Shown here: one piece after another, positions 30,056 through 39,929 of the stretch
Layout of the letters: every line of letters starts with the position of its first letter
How positions within the stretch are numbered: position 1 is the first letter of the stretch
Assembly: GCA_041653015.1 (NCBI GenBank)
Contig: JBAZGG010000006.1
Location: 574-64,573 of the forward strand
DNA: 64,000 nt
Origin: Bacilli bacterium
GTDB lineage: Bacteria; Bacillota_I; Bacilli_A; RFN20; CAG-826
Reading direction: 5' to 3'
Translations under genes and position numbers: made by a program
Notes under the pieces: generated by a model
What the model was told of the DNA's origin: nothing
Databases searched by the model: none
What the model saw: the letters and a program-made list of their open reading frames with translations, nothing else

Positions 30056-30706
30056 ATGAAAGTAATCATAGTAGGCTGTGGTAAATTAGGTTCTGGCTTG
30101 GCTATCAATCTATCAAAAAGAGGTCATGAGGTCACTGTTATCGACAATAGAGTTGAAACTTTTGAATTGCTCGGGAAAGATTTTAAAGGCGAAACGATTG
30201 TCGGCGTGGGCTTCGATAAGGATGTGTTAGTAAAAGCACATATTCTTAATGCGGATGCTCTTGTAGCTTGTAGCAGCAATGATGACGCCAATGCCTTGAT
30301 CGGGCGCATTTCAAAAAATATCTATAAAGTTCCAACGGTTATATCGCGTCTATATGATACTCGCAGCGCGGAGATTTATCGCACGTTGGGTTTGCAGACG
30401 ATTTCGACGACCACTTGGGGAGTGACGAGAGTAGTTGAAATGCTCAGCTATTCACAACTCGATAGCGTTTTGAGCGTCGGAAACAATAACGTTGAAATAA
30501 TCAGGATTGATACTCCTGCTCTGTTAATCGGCAAAACGGTCAATGAAATATATTCTATCGGTGAATTTCAAGCCGTGGCTATCAGCAGGGAGAATACAAC
30601 TTTTATTCCCACACTTGGAACTGCACTGCAGAAAAATGATGTCATCTATATTTCTGTTATGGCTTCTTCAATAAAAAAATTGAAATCTATACTCGGATTA
30701 TATTAA
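30056..30706 (+). CDS. TrkA/KtrA-like RCK-domain protein (TrkA-N Rossmann fold + TrkA-C)
   Basis: MKVIIVGCGKLGSGLA NAD-binding glycine motif. 216 aa. Starts 3 nt after the ATPase stop, preceded by RBS AGGAGGAAAG. Confidence 0.7.
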   Translation: MKVIIVGCGKLGSGLAINLSKRGHEVTVIDNRVETFELLGKDFKGETIVGVGFDKDVLVKAHILNADALVACSSNDDANALIGRISKNIYKVPTVISRLYDTRSAEIYRTLGLQTISTTTWGVTRVVEMLSYSQLDSVLSVGNNNVEIIRIDTPALLIGKTVNEIYSIGEFQAVAISRENTTFIPTLGTALQKNDVIYISVMASSIKKLKSILGLY

Positions 30707-30718
30707 GGAGGAAAAAAC

Positions 30719-31381
30719 ATGAAAGTTTTAATTATTGGTGGTGGACAAGTCGGATTATATATCGCTAAACTCCTCTTGAGTAATAATTGTGAAGTCAAAG
30801 TCATCGAAAATAGAGATGGATCAGTGGCCAAACTTAAAAAGGCTCTTCCTGAAGGAACTGTTGTTGTCGGCAGCGGATCAGATCCAAATATTCTTGAATC
30901 GTGTGGAATCGGCGATGCTGATGTTGTGGCCGCCGTTACAGGAGCAGATGAAACAAATCTTGTCGCGGCGACAATCGCTAAATTTGAATTTGGTGTTCCG
31001 CGCGTAATAGCTAATGTTAACAATCCATCTAATGCCTGGCTCTTTAACGCGAGTATGGGAGTGGATGTCACGCTCAATCAAGCTGATTTGATGGCTCACA
31101 TCGTCATCGAAGAGATGGATTTAAAAAATATGATGACGCTCATGAAAATGAATCATGGCAATTTTTCTATCGTTCAAGTCAAGGTTTCAGCTAATTCGCG
31201 AGCAGTCAATAAAGATATCAAGGATTTAGATCTCCCTGCACAAGCGGTGCTATTCGCTATCTATCGAGGCGAGAATGTTCTTATTCCTCGCGGGAATACC
31301 ACTATTTGTAGCGGAGATGATGTCTTGGCCTTCACCGATGATGAGGGAAAGATTAGAATCAATGATTTATTTGGCAACTAA
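30719..31381 (+). CDS. Second TrkA/KtrA-like RCK-domain protein
   Basis: MKVLIIGGGQVGLYIA glycine motif. 220 aa. RBS AAGGAGGAAAAAACATG. Confidence 0.7.
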   Translation: MKVLIIGGGQVGLYIAKLLLSNNCEVKVIENRDGSVAKLKKALPEGTVVVGSGSDPNILESCGIGDADVVAAVTGADETNLVAATIAKFEFGVPRVIANVNNPSNAWLFNASMGVDVTLNQADLMAHIVIEEMDLKNMMTLMKMNHGNFSIVQVKVSANSRAVNKDIKDLDLPAQAVLFAIYRGENVLIPRGNTTICSGDDVLAFTDDEGKIRINDLFGN

Positions 31382-31570
31382 TAATTCGAATTTCTAAATT
31401 ATTTTTATCGATGCAACAATGATGTGCTATCTTTTTTTGGAATCGTTTCATTTGATGCGTATTTTTAACTCATCAACCGCGCTTTAGAAATTGATATATC
31501 TATGATAAGATATAAATTGTATAGCGATTTGCTCATATGAATTATTTAGAAATAAAAAGGATTTTATAAT

Positions 31571-32551
31571 ATGAAAACTATCGGTTTTATCATCAGCGAT
31601 AAAGAATCGGAAAAGCGTCGCGCTGCTCTCCCTTCTGATCTAGCAAAAAATGTTCACAATCTAGATTTTGTCTATATTGAAAAAAATTATGGAAAAGTGT
31701 TGGGTCTCTCTGATGACGAATATCGACGCATCGGCTGTCACGTTGTTTCGCGGAAAGAAGTGATGAAGCAAGACATCCTTTGCGATCCAAAAGTGGGCGA
31801 TGCTAAATATCTAAGAAAAATCACGAATAAAACTGTTTTTGGATGGATACATGCTGTTCAGAATAAAGAGATTTCGGATGCGATAGTCGATGGAAGGAAT
31901 ACAGGCATTGCCTGGGAAAATATGTTTGAGAGCGATAAGCACACCTTTTATCGCAATAATCAACTCGCCGGAGAAGCGGCTTGCTTGCATGCCTTTATTC
32001 ATCACGGCTCATTACCAGCGGGCAAAAAAGTGGCGTTATTAGGTTTCGGCAATGTCGCCCATGGAGCATATGATGTCTTGACTGCTCTAGGAGCCAAAGT
32101 CGATATTTATCGAAGGAATCAAGAGCAGGAATTCAAAGATAACATAGCTAATTACGATGTCATAGTTAATGGCATTTTATGGGATGTGAAAAGAACAGAT
32201 CACATCATTTATAAAACGGATTTAAAAAGGATGAAGCCAAATTGTTTGATAATCGATATTTCGTGTGATCGCCATGGTGGAATTGAATCTTCCATCCCAA
32301 CGACGATTGAAAATCCGATATATGTCGTTGATGGTGTGACGCATTATGCTGTCGACCATACGCCTACTTTAGTTTATCGTGAGGCTAGTGCGAGCATTTC
32401 GAAAGCGATAGCCCCTTTTCTCGATCAACTGATTGAAGGAAAATTTGGAGAAGTATTGAAACAAGCTTTGATAATAGATAGAGGAAAAATTATCGATAAG
32501 AGAATAATCGAATTCCAAGCGAGTCACCGAAAATCAGAATCTTCTAAATAA
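31571..32551 (+). CDS. Alanine dehydrogenase/PNT-family NAD(P)-binding enzyme (N5-(carboxyethyl)ornithine synthase-like)
   Basis: Rossmann motif VALLGFGNVAHGAYDVLTALGAKV. A size of about 326 aa matches the CEOS/AlaDH small-subunit family. Confidence 0.5.
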   Translation: MKTIGFIISDKESEKRRAALPSDLAKNVHNLDFVYIEKNYGKVLGLSDDEYRRIGCHVVSRKEVMKQDILCDPKVGDAKYLRKITNKTVFGWIHAVQNKEISDAIVDGRNTGIAWENMFESDKHTFYRNNQLAGEAACLHAFIHHGSLPAGKKVALLGFGNVAHGAYDVLTALGAKVDIYRRNQEQEFKDNIANYDVIVNGILWDVKRTDHIIYKTDLKRMKPNCLIIDISCDRHGGIESSIPTTIENPIYVVDGVTHYAVDHTPTLVYREASASISKAIAPFLDQLIEGKFGEVLKQALIIDRGKIIDKRIIEFQASHRKSESSK

Positions 32552-32642
32552 CAATCGCTTATTATTATTTAAAATAATAAAATAGATTATAGTATCATAT
32601 AGTAATAACAATCGCTTATCGAGATTGTGTTGGAGAGAAATC

Positions 32643-33794
32643 ATGGCAGGTTCATTCATCAAAAAGGCTGTTAGAAAAATTCCGTTACTAAACAAAATAT
32701 ATTATCGAATGGCTCATCTTGAAAGCGTTCAAAAATTTCGTGCGAAAGTTGAAAACAAATCGGCTGTTCCTGAAGAGCAGTTGCTTTCCGCGCCAGACAT
32801 CATTATCGATTGGAATAGTGATGTAAAAAAACCACTTGTTGGATTAGTAAAAGATGGCGCCGTTCATGGCTATTATGAAAAATATGAAAAATTCCTACTA
32901 GCAAACAAAATACCCTATGAGTTTTATGATCCGAGTCGTAGCGATTTCTTTGAAAAGGCTCAAAAGTACGATGTCATCATTTGGAGAGTCACGGATAAAG
33001 TGACTGGTCTATATGAAGCTAAACAAAAAATTGAATTCATTGAGAAGAATAGTAAAACACTAGTCTTCCCCTCATATAAATCGTTGTGGTGCTATGAAGA
33101 AAAAGTTCGACAGTGTTGGTTTTTTGCCAATAACGAAATACCGCATATCAAGTCTTTTGTGTCCAATAATTATTTGGAATCGCTCGATTATATAAAGAGA
33201 GCAGAATATCCAATTATTTCGAAAGAGTCGACTTCCTTTTCGTCGCTCGGTGTCGACAAGATCAAGTCATATAAAAGAGCTCGCAAAATTGTTAATGATG
33301 TCTTCGCAAATGGAAAAAAATCGACGTATAGCTGGATGAAACAAAAGGATTATGTTTTGTTTCAAGAATATGTTCCAAATGAGGGATATGATTTAAGAAT
33401 TGTCGTTATCGACGATTTCTTTTTTGGTTATTATCGCTATCCTAAGAAACATGATTATCGCGCCTCTGGCTCCGGCATCGTCGTGAAAAAAGATATCGAT
33501 ATTGAAGCTTTGGATTTTGCGCGAAAAGTGTATGCGAAGTACGATGATTCAGTCATGCTGGCCATCGATATGATAAAAGATACTCGCGATAATCAGTTCA
33601 AAGTTGTTGAAACTTCTATTTTTATCGGCTGTGAGACATCGCAGCAATTAAAAGTCGATGATGTCGCTGGAGTCTATCGCTATCGCGCTGGCAAGTATGT
33701 GTTTGAAAAAGGCAATTTTTGGTTGCAAGAAGTCACTCTTAAAGTATTTTTTGAACGATATATCAAAAAGCAATTAATGGGCAACCAAAAATAG
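32643..33794 (+). CDS. Putative ATP-grasp domain protein
   Basis: Segment DYVLFQEYVPNEGYDLRIVVIDDFFFGYYRY resembles the ATP-grasp central/C-terminal region (RimK-like). Start ATG 32643 follows RBS GGAGAG. Confidence 0.35.
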   Translation: MAGSFIKKAVRKIPLLNKIYYRMAHLESVQKFRAKVENKSAVPEEQLLSAPDIIIDWNSDVKKPLVGLVKDGAVHGYYEKYEKFLLANKIPYEFYDPSRSDFFEKAQKYDVIIWRVTDKVTGLYEAKQKIEFIEKNSKTLVFPSYKSLWCYEEKVRQCWFFANNEIPHIKSFVSNNYLESLDYIKRAEYPIISKESTSFSSLGVDKIKSYKRARKIVNDVFANGKKSTYSWMKQKDYVLFQEYVPNEGYDLRIVVIDDFFFGYYRYPKKHDYRASGSGIVVKKDIDIEALDFARKVYAKYDDSVMLAIDMIKDTRDNQFKVVETSIFIGCETSQQLKVDDVAGVYRYRAGKYVFEKGNFWLQEVTLKVFFERYIKKQLMGNQK

Positions 33795-33861
33795 ATATTA
33801 AAAGAAACTTTAACTGCGATATTTAAAATATTAAGTTATATAATGATGTTGAGGTGCTCAT

Positions 33862-35232
33862 ATGGATATTGAAAAAATTGTTTTAGATCAGCGTGCCTAC
33901 TTTAAAACTGGTCTCACTCTGCCTCTAGAAAATCGCAAAAATAATCTTGAAAGTATTTATCAATTGCTGCTCAAATATCGAAAGAGATTCAATGAAGCTT
34001 TTATGCTGGATTATAACAAGTCAGAATTCGATGTCTTGTCTACCGAATACTATCTTCTTTTAGAAGATTGTAAATTTCAAATAAAAAATCTTCGAAAACT
34101 CTCCAAACCCAAAAGAGTTCGAACGGGCATTCTAAATTTTCCTAGTAGAGGTTATTTATTACAGGAACCATATGGTGTCACTCTTATTATGGCTCCATGG
34201 AACTATCCGCTTCAACTCGCTCTCGATCCATTGATGGGAGCGATTGCCGCAGGGAATACCGCGGTAGTAAAACCTGCATCTTACGCCGCCAATGTGAGCC
34301 GAGTAATCTATGATATGTTTCAAGAATTCAATAATCCTAATTTAGTCAGCGTTGTTCTCGGGGGAAGAGATGAGAATCAAGCTTTGCTTGACCAACGTTT
34401 TGATTATATCTTTTTTACCGGTGGAGATGCCGTTGGAAGAATTGTGCTTGAAAAAGCTGCGAAATGGCTCACACCCGTTTCTCTTGAACTAGGAGGTAAA
34501 TCTCCATGTATTATCGACGAAGATGCCGATATAAAATTGGCTGCTAAACGCGCAGTGTGGGGAAAATACTTGAATGCAGGTCAAACTTGCGTTGCTCCCG
34601 ACTATGTTTGCGTTCACGAGTCTGTTCATGACCAGTTCATAAAAGAAGCGATAAACTATGTGAAAACGTTCTATTATGTCGATGGTAAAATATCGGATGC
34701 TTTTCCATATCTAATCAATGATAAGCACCTTCAGAAAGTGTATTCTTTTTTAGACCCCAACAAAATCGTCTATGGTGGGAAAATTTCAGGGCGAAGTTTC
34801 GAACCGACAATCATGGATCGCGTCACTTGGGATGATCCGATTATGCAAGCGGAGATCTTTGGGCCGATCATGCCCATAATCACTTTTAATAATCTCGATG
34901 AGCTATTATCAATTATCAATGGCAAAGAAAAACCATTAGCCTTTTACTATTTCTCAAAGAATGTTAAGAAGGCCAAATATGTTATGTCTCTTTCATCGTT
35001 TGGCGGTGGATGCGTGAATGACACCATAATGCATTTAACCAATAATAATCTTCCTTTTGGTGGAGTTGGTCGGTCTGGAATGGGCTCTTATCACGGCGCG
35101 CAATCATTTAAAACATTTTCCCATCAGAAAAGCGTTTTAGTGAAAGGGAAACTAGAGATTAATACTAAGTATCCTCCCAACACACCCCAGAGTCTTAAAA
35201 TGATAAAAAAACTTGGGCATATCAAAGATTAA
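33862..35232 (+). CDS. NAD(P)+-dependent aldehyde dehydrogenase
   Basis: ELGGKSP (Glu active-site motif) and GQTCVAPDYV (catalytic Cys). Confidence 0.85.
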   Translation: MDIEKIVLDQRAYFKTGLTLPLENRKNNLESIYQLLLKYRKRFNEAFMLDYNKSEFDVLSTEYYLLLEDCKFQIKNLRKLSKPKRVRTGILNFPSRGYLLQEPYGVTLIMAPWNYPLQLALDPLMGAIAAGNTAVVKPASYAANVSRVIYDMFQEFNNPNLVSVVLGGRDENQALLDQRFDYIFFTGGDAVGRIVLEKAAKWLTPVSLELGGKSPCIIDEDADIKLAAKRAVWGKYLNAGQTCVAPDYVCVHESVHDQFIKEAINYVKTFYYVDGKISDAFPYLINDKHLQKVYSFLDPNKIVYGGKISGRSFEPTIMDRVTWDDPIMQAEIFGPIMPIITFNNLDELLSIINGKEKPLAFYYFSKNVKKAKYVMSLSSFGGGCVNDTIMHLTNNNLPFGGVGRSGMGSYHGAQSFKTFSHQKSVLVKGKLEINTKYPPNTPQSLKMIKKLGHIKD

Positions 35233-35307
35233 AAGGCGACAAATAATTGCAACAACTGTCCTATTTGTTTTTCTCAGTTGGAATAAGATGTTCATGGAGG
35301 AAAGTGA

Positions 35308-36144
35308 ATGAATCTGATTGAAACGTTTCGCAAAGCGATACATCACATTGATTCGAATCTAGATAAGAATCTTTCGCTGAACAATATCGCTTCAGAAGTG
35401 TTTTTGTCGCCATTTTACTTTGACCGACTCTTTCATATCTATGCCGGTATTCCTGTGAGTGAATACATCAAGAATAGAAAGATGTCGGAGGCGGGTAAAT
35501 CTCTTCATTTCAACAAAAAAGCTTCGATTATTGATATAGCTTTTAATTACGGTTACTCATCGCAAGAAAGTTTTTCTAAAGCTTTTAAACGCTTTCATGG
35601 TGTGACACCAAAACAAGCTAAATATGGTGCGAAACTTTTTTACACACCTCCGTTAGAAATAGTTGTAATTATCAAGGGAGGAAATACGATGGATTACAAA
35701 ATTGAAAAAGAAAAGGAGTTTGCGATTGTCGCGCTTGTGAAGTCATTTTCGAATGCTGATTCTCAGACGCAGATACCATTGTTTTGGGATGACTACATCG
35801 CCAAGGGATATCGAAAAGATGTTCCCCCGATGCTCGGAGTTTGTTTTCAACAGACTTTAAAAAATGAGTTTGATTATGGGATTGGCTCTATCGAAAAGTG
35901 CGTCAAGAGAATTCCGGCTGGATTCAAGACGATAAAAGTGCCCGCTCAAACATGGGCCAAATTTTATGTTCACGGACCGATGCCAAAAGCGATTCAAGAC
36001 CTGTGGTGTCAAGTCTATAAAGAGTGGCTCCCAAATTCTGATTATGAAGTTGTCCCAGGATTTGATTTTGAATGCTATGACGAAGGTGACACTTCAAGCC
36101 CAGATTATCGTTCGGGCATTTGGATCGCTGTCAAAAAGAAATAG
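35308..36144 (+). CDS. AraC-family transcriptional regulator with a GyrI-like effector-binding domain
   Basis: N-terminal AraC HTH (NNIASEVFLSPFYFDRLFH ... GYSSQESFSKAFKRFHGVTPKQ). C-terminal GyrI-like ~150 aa. Confidence 0.75.
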   Translation: MNLIETFRKAIHHIDSNLDKNLSLNNIASEVFLSPFYFDRLFHIYAGIPVSEYIKNRKMSEAGKSLHFNKKASIIDIAFNYGYSSQESFSKAFKRFHGVTPKQAKYGAKLFYTPPLEIVVIIKGGNTMDYKIEKEKEFAIVALVKSFSNADSQTQIPLFWDDYIAKGYRKDVPPMLGVCFQQTLKNEFDYGIGSIEKCVKRIPAGFKTIKVPAQTWAKFYVHGPMPKAIQDLWCQVYKEWLPNSDYEVVPGFDFECYDEGDTSSPDYRSGIWIAVKKK

Positions 36145-36159
36145 TTGTTGTCATTTAAT

Positions 36160-36192
36160 AAATAAGGCCCAGCAGTTGGGCCTTATTTTATA
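36160..36192. terminator. Bidirectional terminator between the AraC-type gene and clpB
   Basis: AAGGCCCAGCAGTTGGGCCTT perfect hairpin flanked by A-tracts and T-tracts. Confidence 0.6.
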
Positions 36193-38302
36193 TTTTTTCT
36201 ATGACAAATCGCTTATCTTTTATATCGATGATGTAATTGTCTTTCGTGTTCAGTTCGCCTTTGATTATTTTATTGGCGACCAGAGTTTCAATTTCATTTT
36301 GAATATATCGTTTAAGCGGGCGTGCTCCAAAGGCTTCACTATATGCGTTATCGAGGATGTATTGCTGAATTTTATCGCTGAACGAAATTGAGTAATAATT
36401 CTCTTGAAGTCTCTTTGATAAATCGTTGAGCATTTTTCCAACAATTTTTAATTGAGTATCCTTTCCCAATGGTTTGAAATAAACAATTTCATCAATTCGA
36501 TTAAGAAATTCAGGCTTAAATGTCTCGTGTAGCAGAGCCTCAACTCTGTTCATCTCTCCATGAAGAATGTATTCGCTTCCAAGATTTGAAGTCATGATAA
36601 TAATGGTGTTCTTGAAATCTACGACGCGACCTTGAGAGTCAGTGAGTCGACCATCATCCAAGATTTGTAATAAAAGATTAAACACTTCCGGATGCGCCTT
36701 TTCAATCTCATCAAAAAGAACGATTGAATAAGGGTTTCGCCTCACTTTTTCCGTCAGTTGTCCACCTTCTTCATAGCCGATGTATCCTGGAGGAGCACCA
36801 ATGAGGCGAGATGTTGAAAACTTTTCCATATATTCCGACATATCGATTCTTATGATATGTGACTCACTATCGAATAAAGCCTCCGCCAGCGTTTTTGCTA
36901 CCTCGGTTTTTCCGACACCGGTTGGACCTAGAAAAAGAAATGAACCTATCGGTCGGTTCTGATCTTTTATTCCCGCTCTTTGCCTTAAGATGGCATCGCT
37001 CACGAGCTCGAGAGCTTCATCTTGGCCGATAACTCTTTTTGAAAGGATGTTTTTAAGATCGAGGACTTTTTCTTTGTCCCCTTTTGTTATCTTGCTTAAA
37101 GGAATATTTGTCATTTTAGAAATGATTTTAGCTATTTCCTCTTCGCTGACGACTTCAGAGATCATCCTGTCTTCTTTTGCATTGCTTTCAATCTTGAGCA
37201 GACGCTTTTCTAAATCAGGTATTGTTTGATATTGAAGTTCGCTCGCCTTTTGATAGTCGACATGCGAAAAAGCGACACCTAAGTCAAATTTGGCCTTTTC
37301 TAACTGCATTTTTATATTTTTCGCTTCTTTAATATCAGTCTTCTCGATATTCCATTTCTCTGTTAACCCATCTTGCTCTGTTTTCTCTTTTGTAAGATCC
37401 TTTTCCAAGTCAATAAGACGTTTTTTAGACGACTCATCCTTTTCTTTTGAAAGGGCGACTTTTTCGATTTCAAGTTGTCTAATTTTTCTTGACACCTCAT
37501 CGAGTTCTGCGGGCATCGATTCGATTGCAACCTTGATCGATGCGCACGCTTCATCGATCAGATCAATTGCCTTATCGGGTAAAAATCTATTGGTTAGATA
37601 TCTGTTTGATAATGTAGCGGCCGCAATCAAAGCGTTATCGGTTATTTTCACGCCATGATATGATTCAAATCTTTCTTTTAATCCTCTAAGAATTGATATC
37701 GTATCTTCAACTGATGGTTCATTGATTAACACCGGTTGAAATCGTCTTTCAAGCGCGCGATCCTTTTCAATATATTGGCGATACTCATTGAGCGTTGTTG
37801 CTCCGATGCAATCGATTTCTCCTCTGGCGAGCATAGGCTTCAACATATTTGATGCATCAAGAGCACCTTCTGTTCTTCCTGCGCCGACAATCAAATGAAT
37901 TTCATCGATGAAGAGAATAATTTTTCCTTCGCTTTCCTTAATTTTATTCAGGACTGCTTTCAAACGCTCTTCAAATTCGCCGCGATATTTTGCACCAGCG
38001 ACAAGCGCCCCCATATCGAGTTCGTAGATTGTTTTATCCTTGAGTGTTAATGGAACATCATTTTTCACTATTCTTTCGGCAAGTCCTTCCAAAATGGCGG
38101 TTTTTCCAACGCCTGGTTCGCCGATCAAAATCACATTGTTTTTGGTTTTTCGAGCAAGAATCTGGACTATCTTTCTTATCTCATCATCTCGTCCTATAAC
38201 CGGATCGATTTTTCCTTTTTTAACTTCTTCATTAATGTTGCGGCCAAATTTCTCCAGCACTTTTTTGTCATTTGTATAGTTCTGCATCACTTCATTTTCC
38301 AT
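36188..38302 (-). CDS. clpB: ClpB-type AAA+ disaggregase lacking the N-terminal domain
   Basis: Two Walker A sites ([16 protein letters not shown]) and a long coiled-coil middle domain between the AAA modules. The protein begins just before AAA1. The short ~700-aa form is as seen in Mollicutes-type ClpB. Confidence 0.8.
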   Translation of the reverse strand: MENEVMQNYTNDKKVLEKFGRNINEEVKKGKIDPVIGRDDEIRKIVQILARKTKNNVILIGEPGVGKTAILEGLAERIVKNDVPLTLKDKTIYELDMGALVAGAKYRGEFEERLKAVLNKIKESEGKIILFIDEIHLIVGAGRTEGALDASNMLKPMLARGEIDCIGATTLNEYRQYIEKDRALERRFQPVLINEPSVEDTISILRGLKERFESYHGVKITDNALIAAATLSNRYLTNRFLPDKAIDLIDEACASIKVAIESMPAELDEVSRKIRQLEIEKVALSKEKDESSKKRLIDLEKDLTKEKTEQDGLTEKWNIEKTDIKEAKNIKMQLEKAKFDLGVAFSHVDYQKASELQYQTIPDLEKRLLKIESNAKEDRMISEVVSEEEIAKIISKMTNIPLSKITKGDKEKVLDLKNILSKRVIGQDEALELVSDAILRQRAGIKDQNRPIGSFLFLGPTGVGKTEVAKTLAEALFDSESHIIRIDMSEYMEKFSTSRLIGAPPGYIGYEEGGQLTEKVRRNPYSIVLFDEIEKAHPEVFNLLLQILDDGRLTDSQGRVVDFKNTIIIMTSNLGSEYILHGEMNRVEALLHETFKPEFLNRIDEIVYFKPLGKDTQLKIVGKMLNDLSKRLQENYYSISFSDKIQQYILDNAYSEAFGARPLKRYIQNEIETLVANKIIKGELNTKDNYIIDIKDKRFVIEKI

Positions 38303-38548
38303 AAAACTTCACCTCCTGCATGCATGGATGCAACATTGTTATATAACAAAAATTGGCACTCGTCAAGGCAGAGTGCCAAAATTTATTATCATCGGCAAAT
38401 ATTTCGTTTAGAAATGTAGATTTGTTCATATCTATTTAATGCTAACAACTACAGCAAAATGGTTTTAATTTGACATTTGCTTTGTCTTTGTAGTTTTATG
38501 TTGTTAGAATAATAACGATATTTCAATTAATTGAAAGAGGTATTTCAA

Positions 38549-39034
38549 ATGGAAGATTATTCAAAGCGTTGCATCGATTTGCTCAAGGAACGTGGTGTTA
38601 CATTGGATGATATCGCTGAATGCGCTCGATTTTTGCAATCTGATTATCACGTAGATCTAGCCAAGGAAGAATTGCTTGAATCTGTTCGCAGCGTTATTTC
38701 TAAACGCGAAGTTCAATATGCGATTATGACCGCTATTGAACTCGACAAACTCGCTGAAAAAAATCAAATGAATGATAAAGAATTAGAAAACATGCTGATG
38801 AGAGATGAAGGATTGTTCGGCGTTGATGAAGTAATCGCCTACGGAATATGCAATATTTATGGTTCAATTGCTCTGACTAATTTTGGCTATATCGACAAAA
38901 AGAAATATGGCATTATCGCAAAGCTTAATGATGCTGGAAAAAATACTGGAGTATGCAATACATTCATCGATGATATCGTTGGTGCCATTGCCGCATCTGC
39001 AGCTTCACGATTCGCCCATCGTTGGATAAGATAA
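38549..39034 (+). CDS. PgpA/YutG-like (phosphatidylglycerophosphatase A family) protein
   Basis: Resembles the YutG/LtrC family by recollection (RGVTLDDIAE..., IYGSIALTNFGYIDKKKYGI, FIDDIVGAIAA). Unverified. ATG 38549 follows RBS AAAGAGGT. Confidence 0.4.
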   Translation: MEDYSKRCIDLLKERGVTLDDIAECARFLQSDYHVDLAKEELLESVRSVISKREVQYAIMTAIELDKLAEKNQMNDKELENMLMRDEGLFGVDEVIAYGICNIYGSIALTNFGYIDKKKYGIIAKLNDAGKNTGVCNTFIDDIVGAIAASAASRFAHRWIR

Positions 39035-39044
39035 ATAGTTAATT

Positions 39045-39929
39045 ATGCGAACCGACATTTTTACATCTATTTCTCTTGCTGAAGGTGACCTTCACTCTTT
39101 CACAGCGTGGTCTGACTGGGTCGTCTCTCTTTTAATGTTGGCATTTTTTGTCATTCTCTTTTATATAATTCACAAAATAGTCAAAAGAAAAATATTCGTT
39201 ATCATCTATTCGATTCTAGCATCTGGTGTTTTTATCGCATGGATTTTTTCTCTATATGTTCTATGCTATATATTTTTGGCTGGAATAGTTATTTTAGCCC
39301 TGTCGTGCTTCTATGCCAATATCAGCGAGCTGAGAGTGTATGCCGCCAATACTTTAAAAAAGGATTTCAGCACTGTTTTTGCTCATTCTAAACCAGATAT
39401 ACAAAAAATATTCGACCATGATAAATTTTATGAAGACATCAACACAGCCGTCATGTTTTTCGCTCAGCACAAGACTGGTGCAATCATGACCTTTGAGCGA
39501 CGAGTAAGTCTTAACGATTTGATAAAAAATGGCACGATGATCAATGCTCCAGTTAGCCCTGAACTTTTGGAAACGATATTTTATGAAGGAACAAGGCTTC
39601 ATGATGGCGCTGTTGTGATTCGTGGTAATACCATTCTTGCCGCTGCCGTCTATTACACGCCGACATCAAAAGCTTTATCTGGGAAATTTGGTTCGCGTCA
39701 TCGCGCAGCAATCGGTGTCAGCGAAATCACTGATTCAGTCACGGTTGTTGTCAGCGAGGAAACTGGTCGCATCTCTTTTGCCATAAGTGGTGAACTGACG
39801 AGAGTGTATCCAGATAAATTTATTGAACAGTTTCGCCAGTTGATGGAAGAAGATATTTTCGATGAAAAAAATGATAGCGATGTCGAAAATGTTCCTGATG
39901 CTGATACCGAAGAAAAGGATAAGAATTAA
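39045..39929 (+). CDS. cdaA: Diadenylate cyclase CdaA (DacA)
   Basis: Three N-terminal TM helices, then a DisA_N domain (HDGAVVIRGNTILAAAVYYTPTS, GSRHRAAIGVSE). The order cdaA-glmM-glmS is conserved in Firmicutes. Confidence 0.85.
   Translation: MRTDIFTSISLAEGDLHSFTAWSDWVVSLLMLAFFVILFYIIHKIVKRKIFVIIYSILASGVFIAWIFSLYVLCYIFLAGIVILALSCFYANISELRVYAANTLKKDFSTVFAHSKPDIQKIFDHDKFYEDINTAVMFFAQHKTGAIMTFERRVSLNDLIKNGTMINAPVSPELLETIFYEGTRLHDGAVVIRGNTILAAAVYYTPTSKALSGKFGSRHRAAIGVSEITDSVTVVVSEETGRISFAISGELTRVYPDKFIEQFRQLMEEDIFDEKNDSDVENVPDADTEEKDKN

Noticed and set aside
35966-36391. ORF 35966-36391 overlapping the AraC-gene 3' end, the terminator and the clpB 3' end
   Set aside because: It crosses a strong bidirectional terminator hairpin and overlaps two well-supported genes.
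36780-38279. Plus-strand ORFs inside clpB (36780-36962, 36990-37229, 37290-37658, 38040-38279)
   Set aside because: Antisense to a confidently identified ClpB. Compositionally biased translations.
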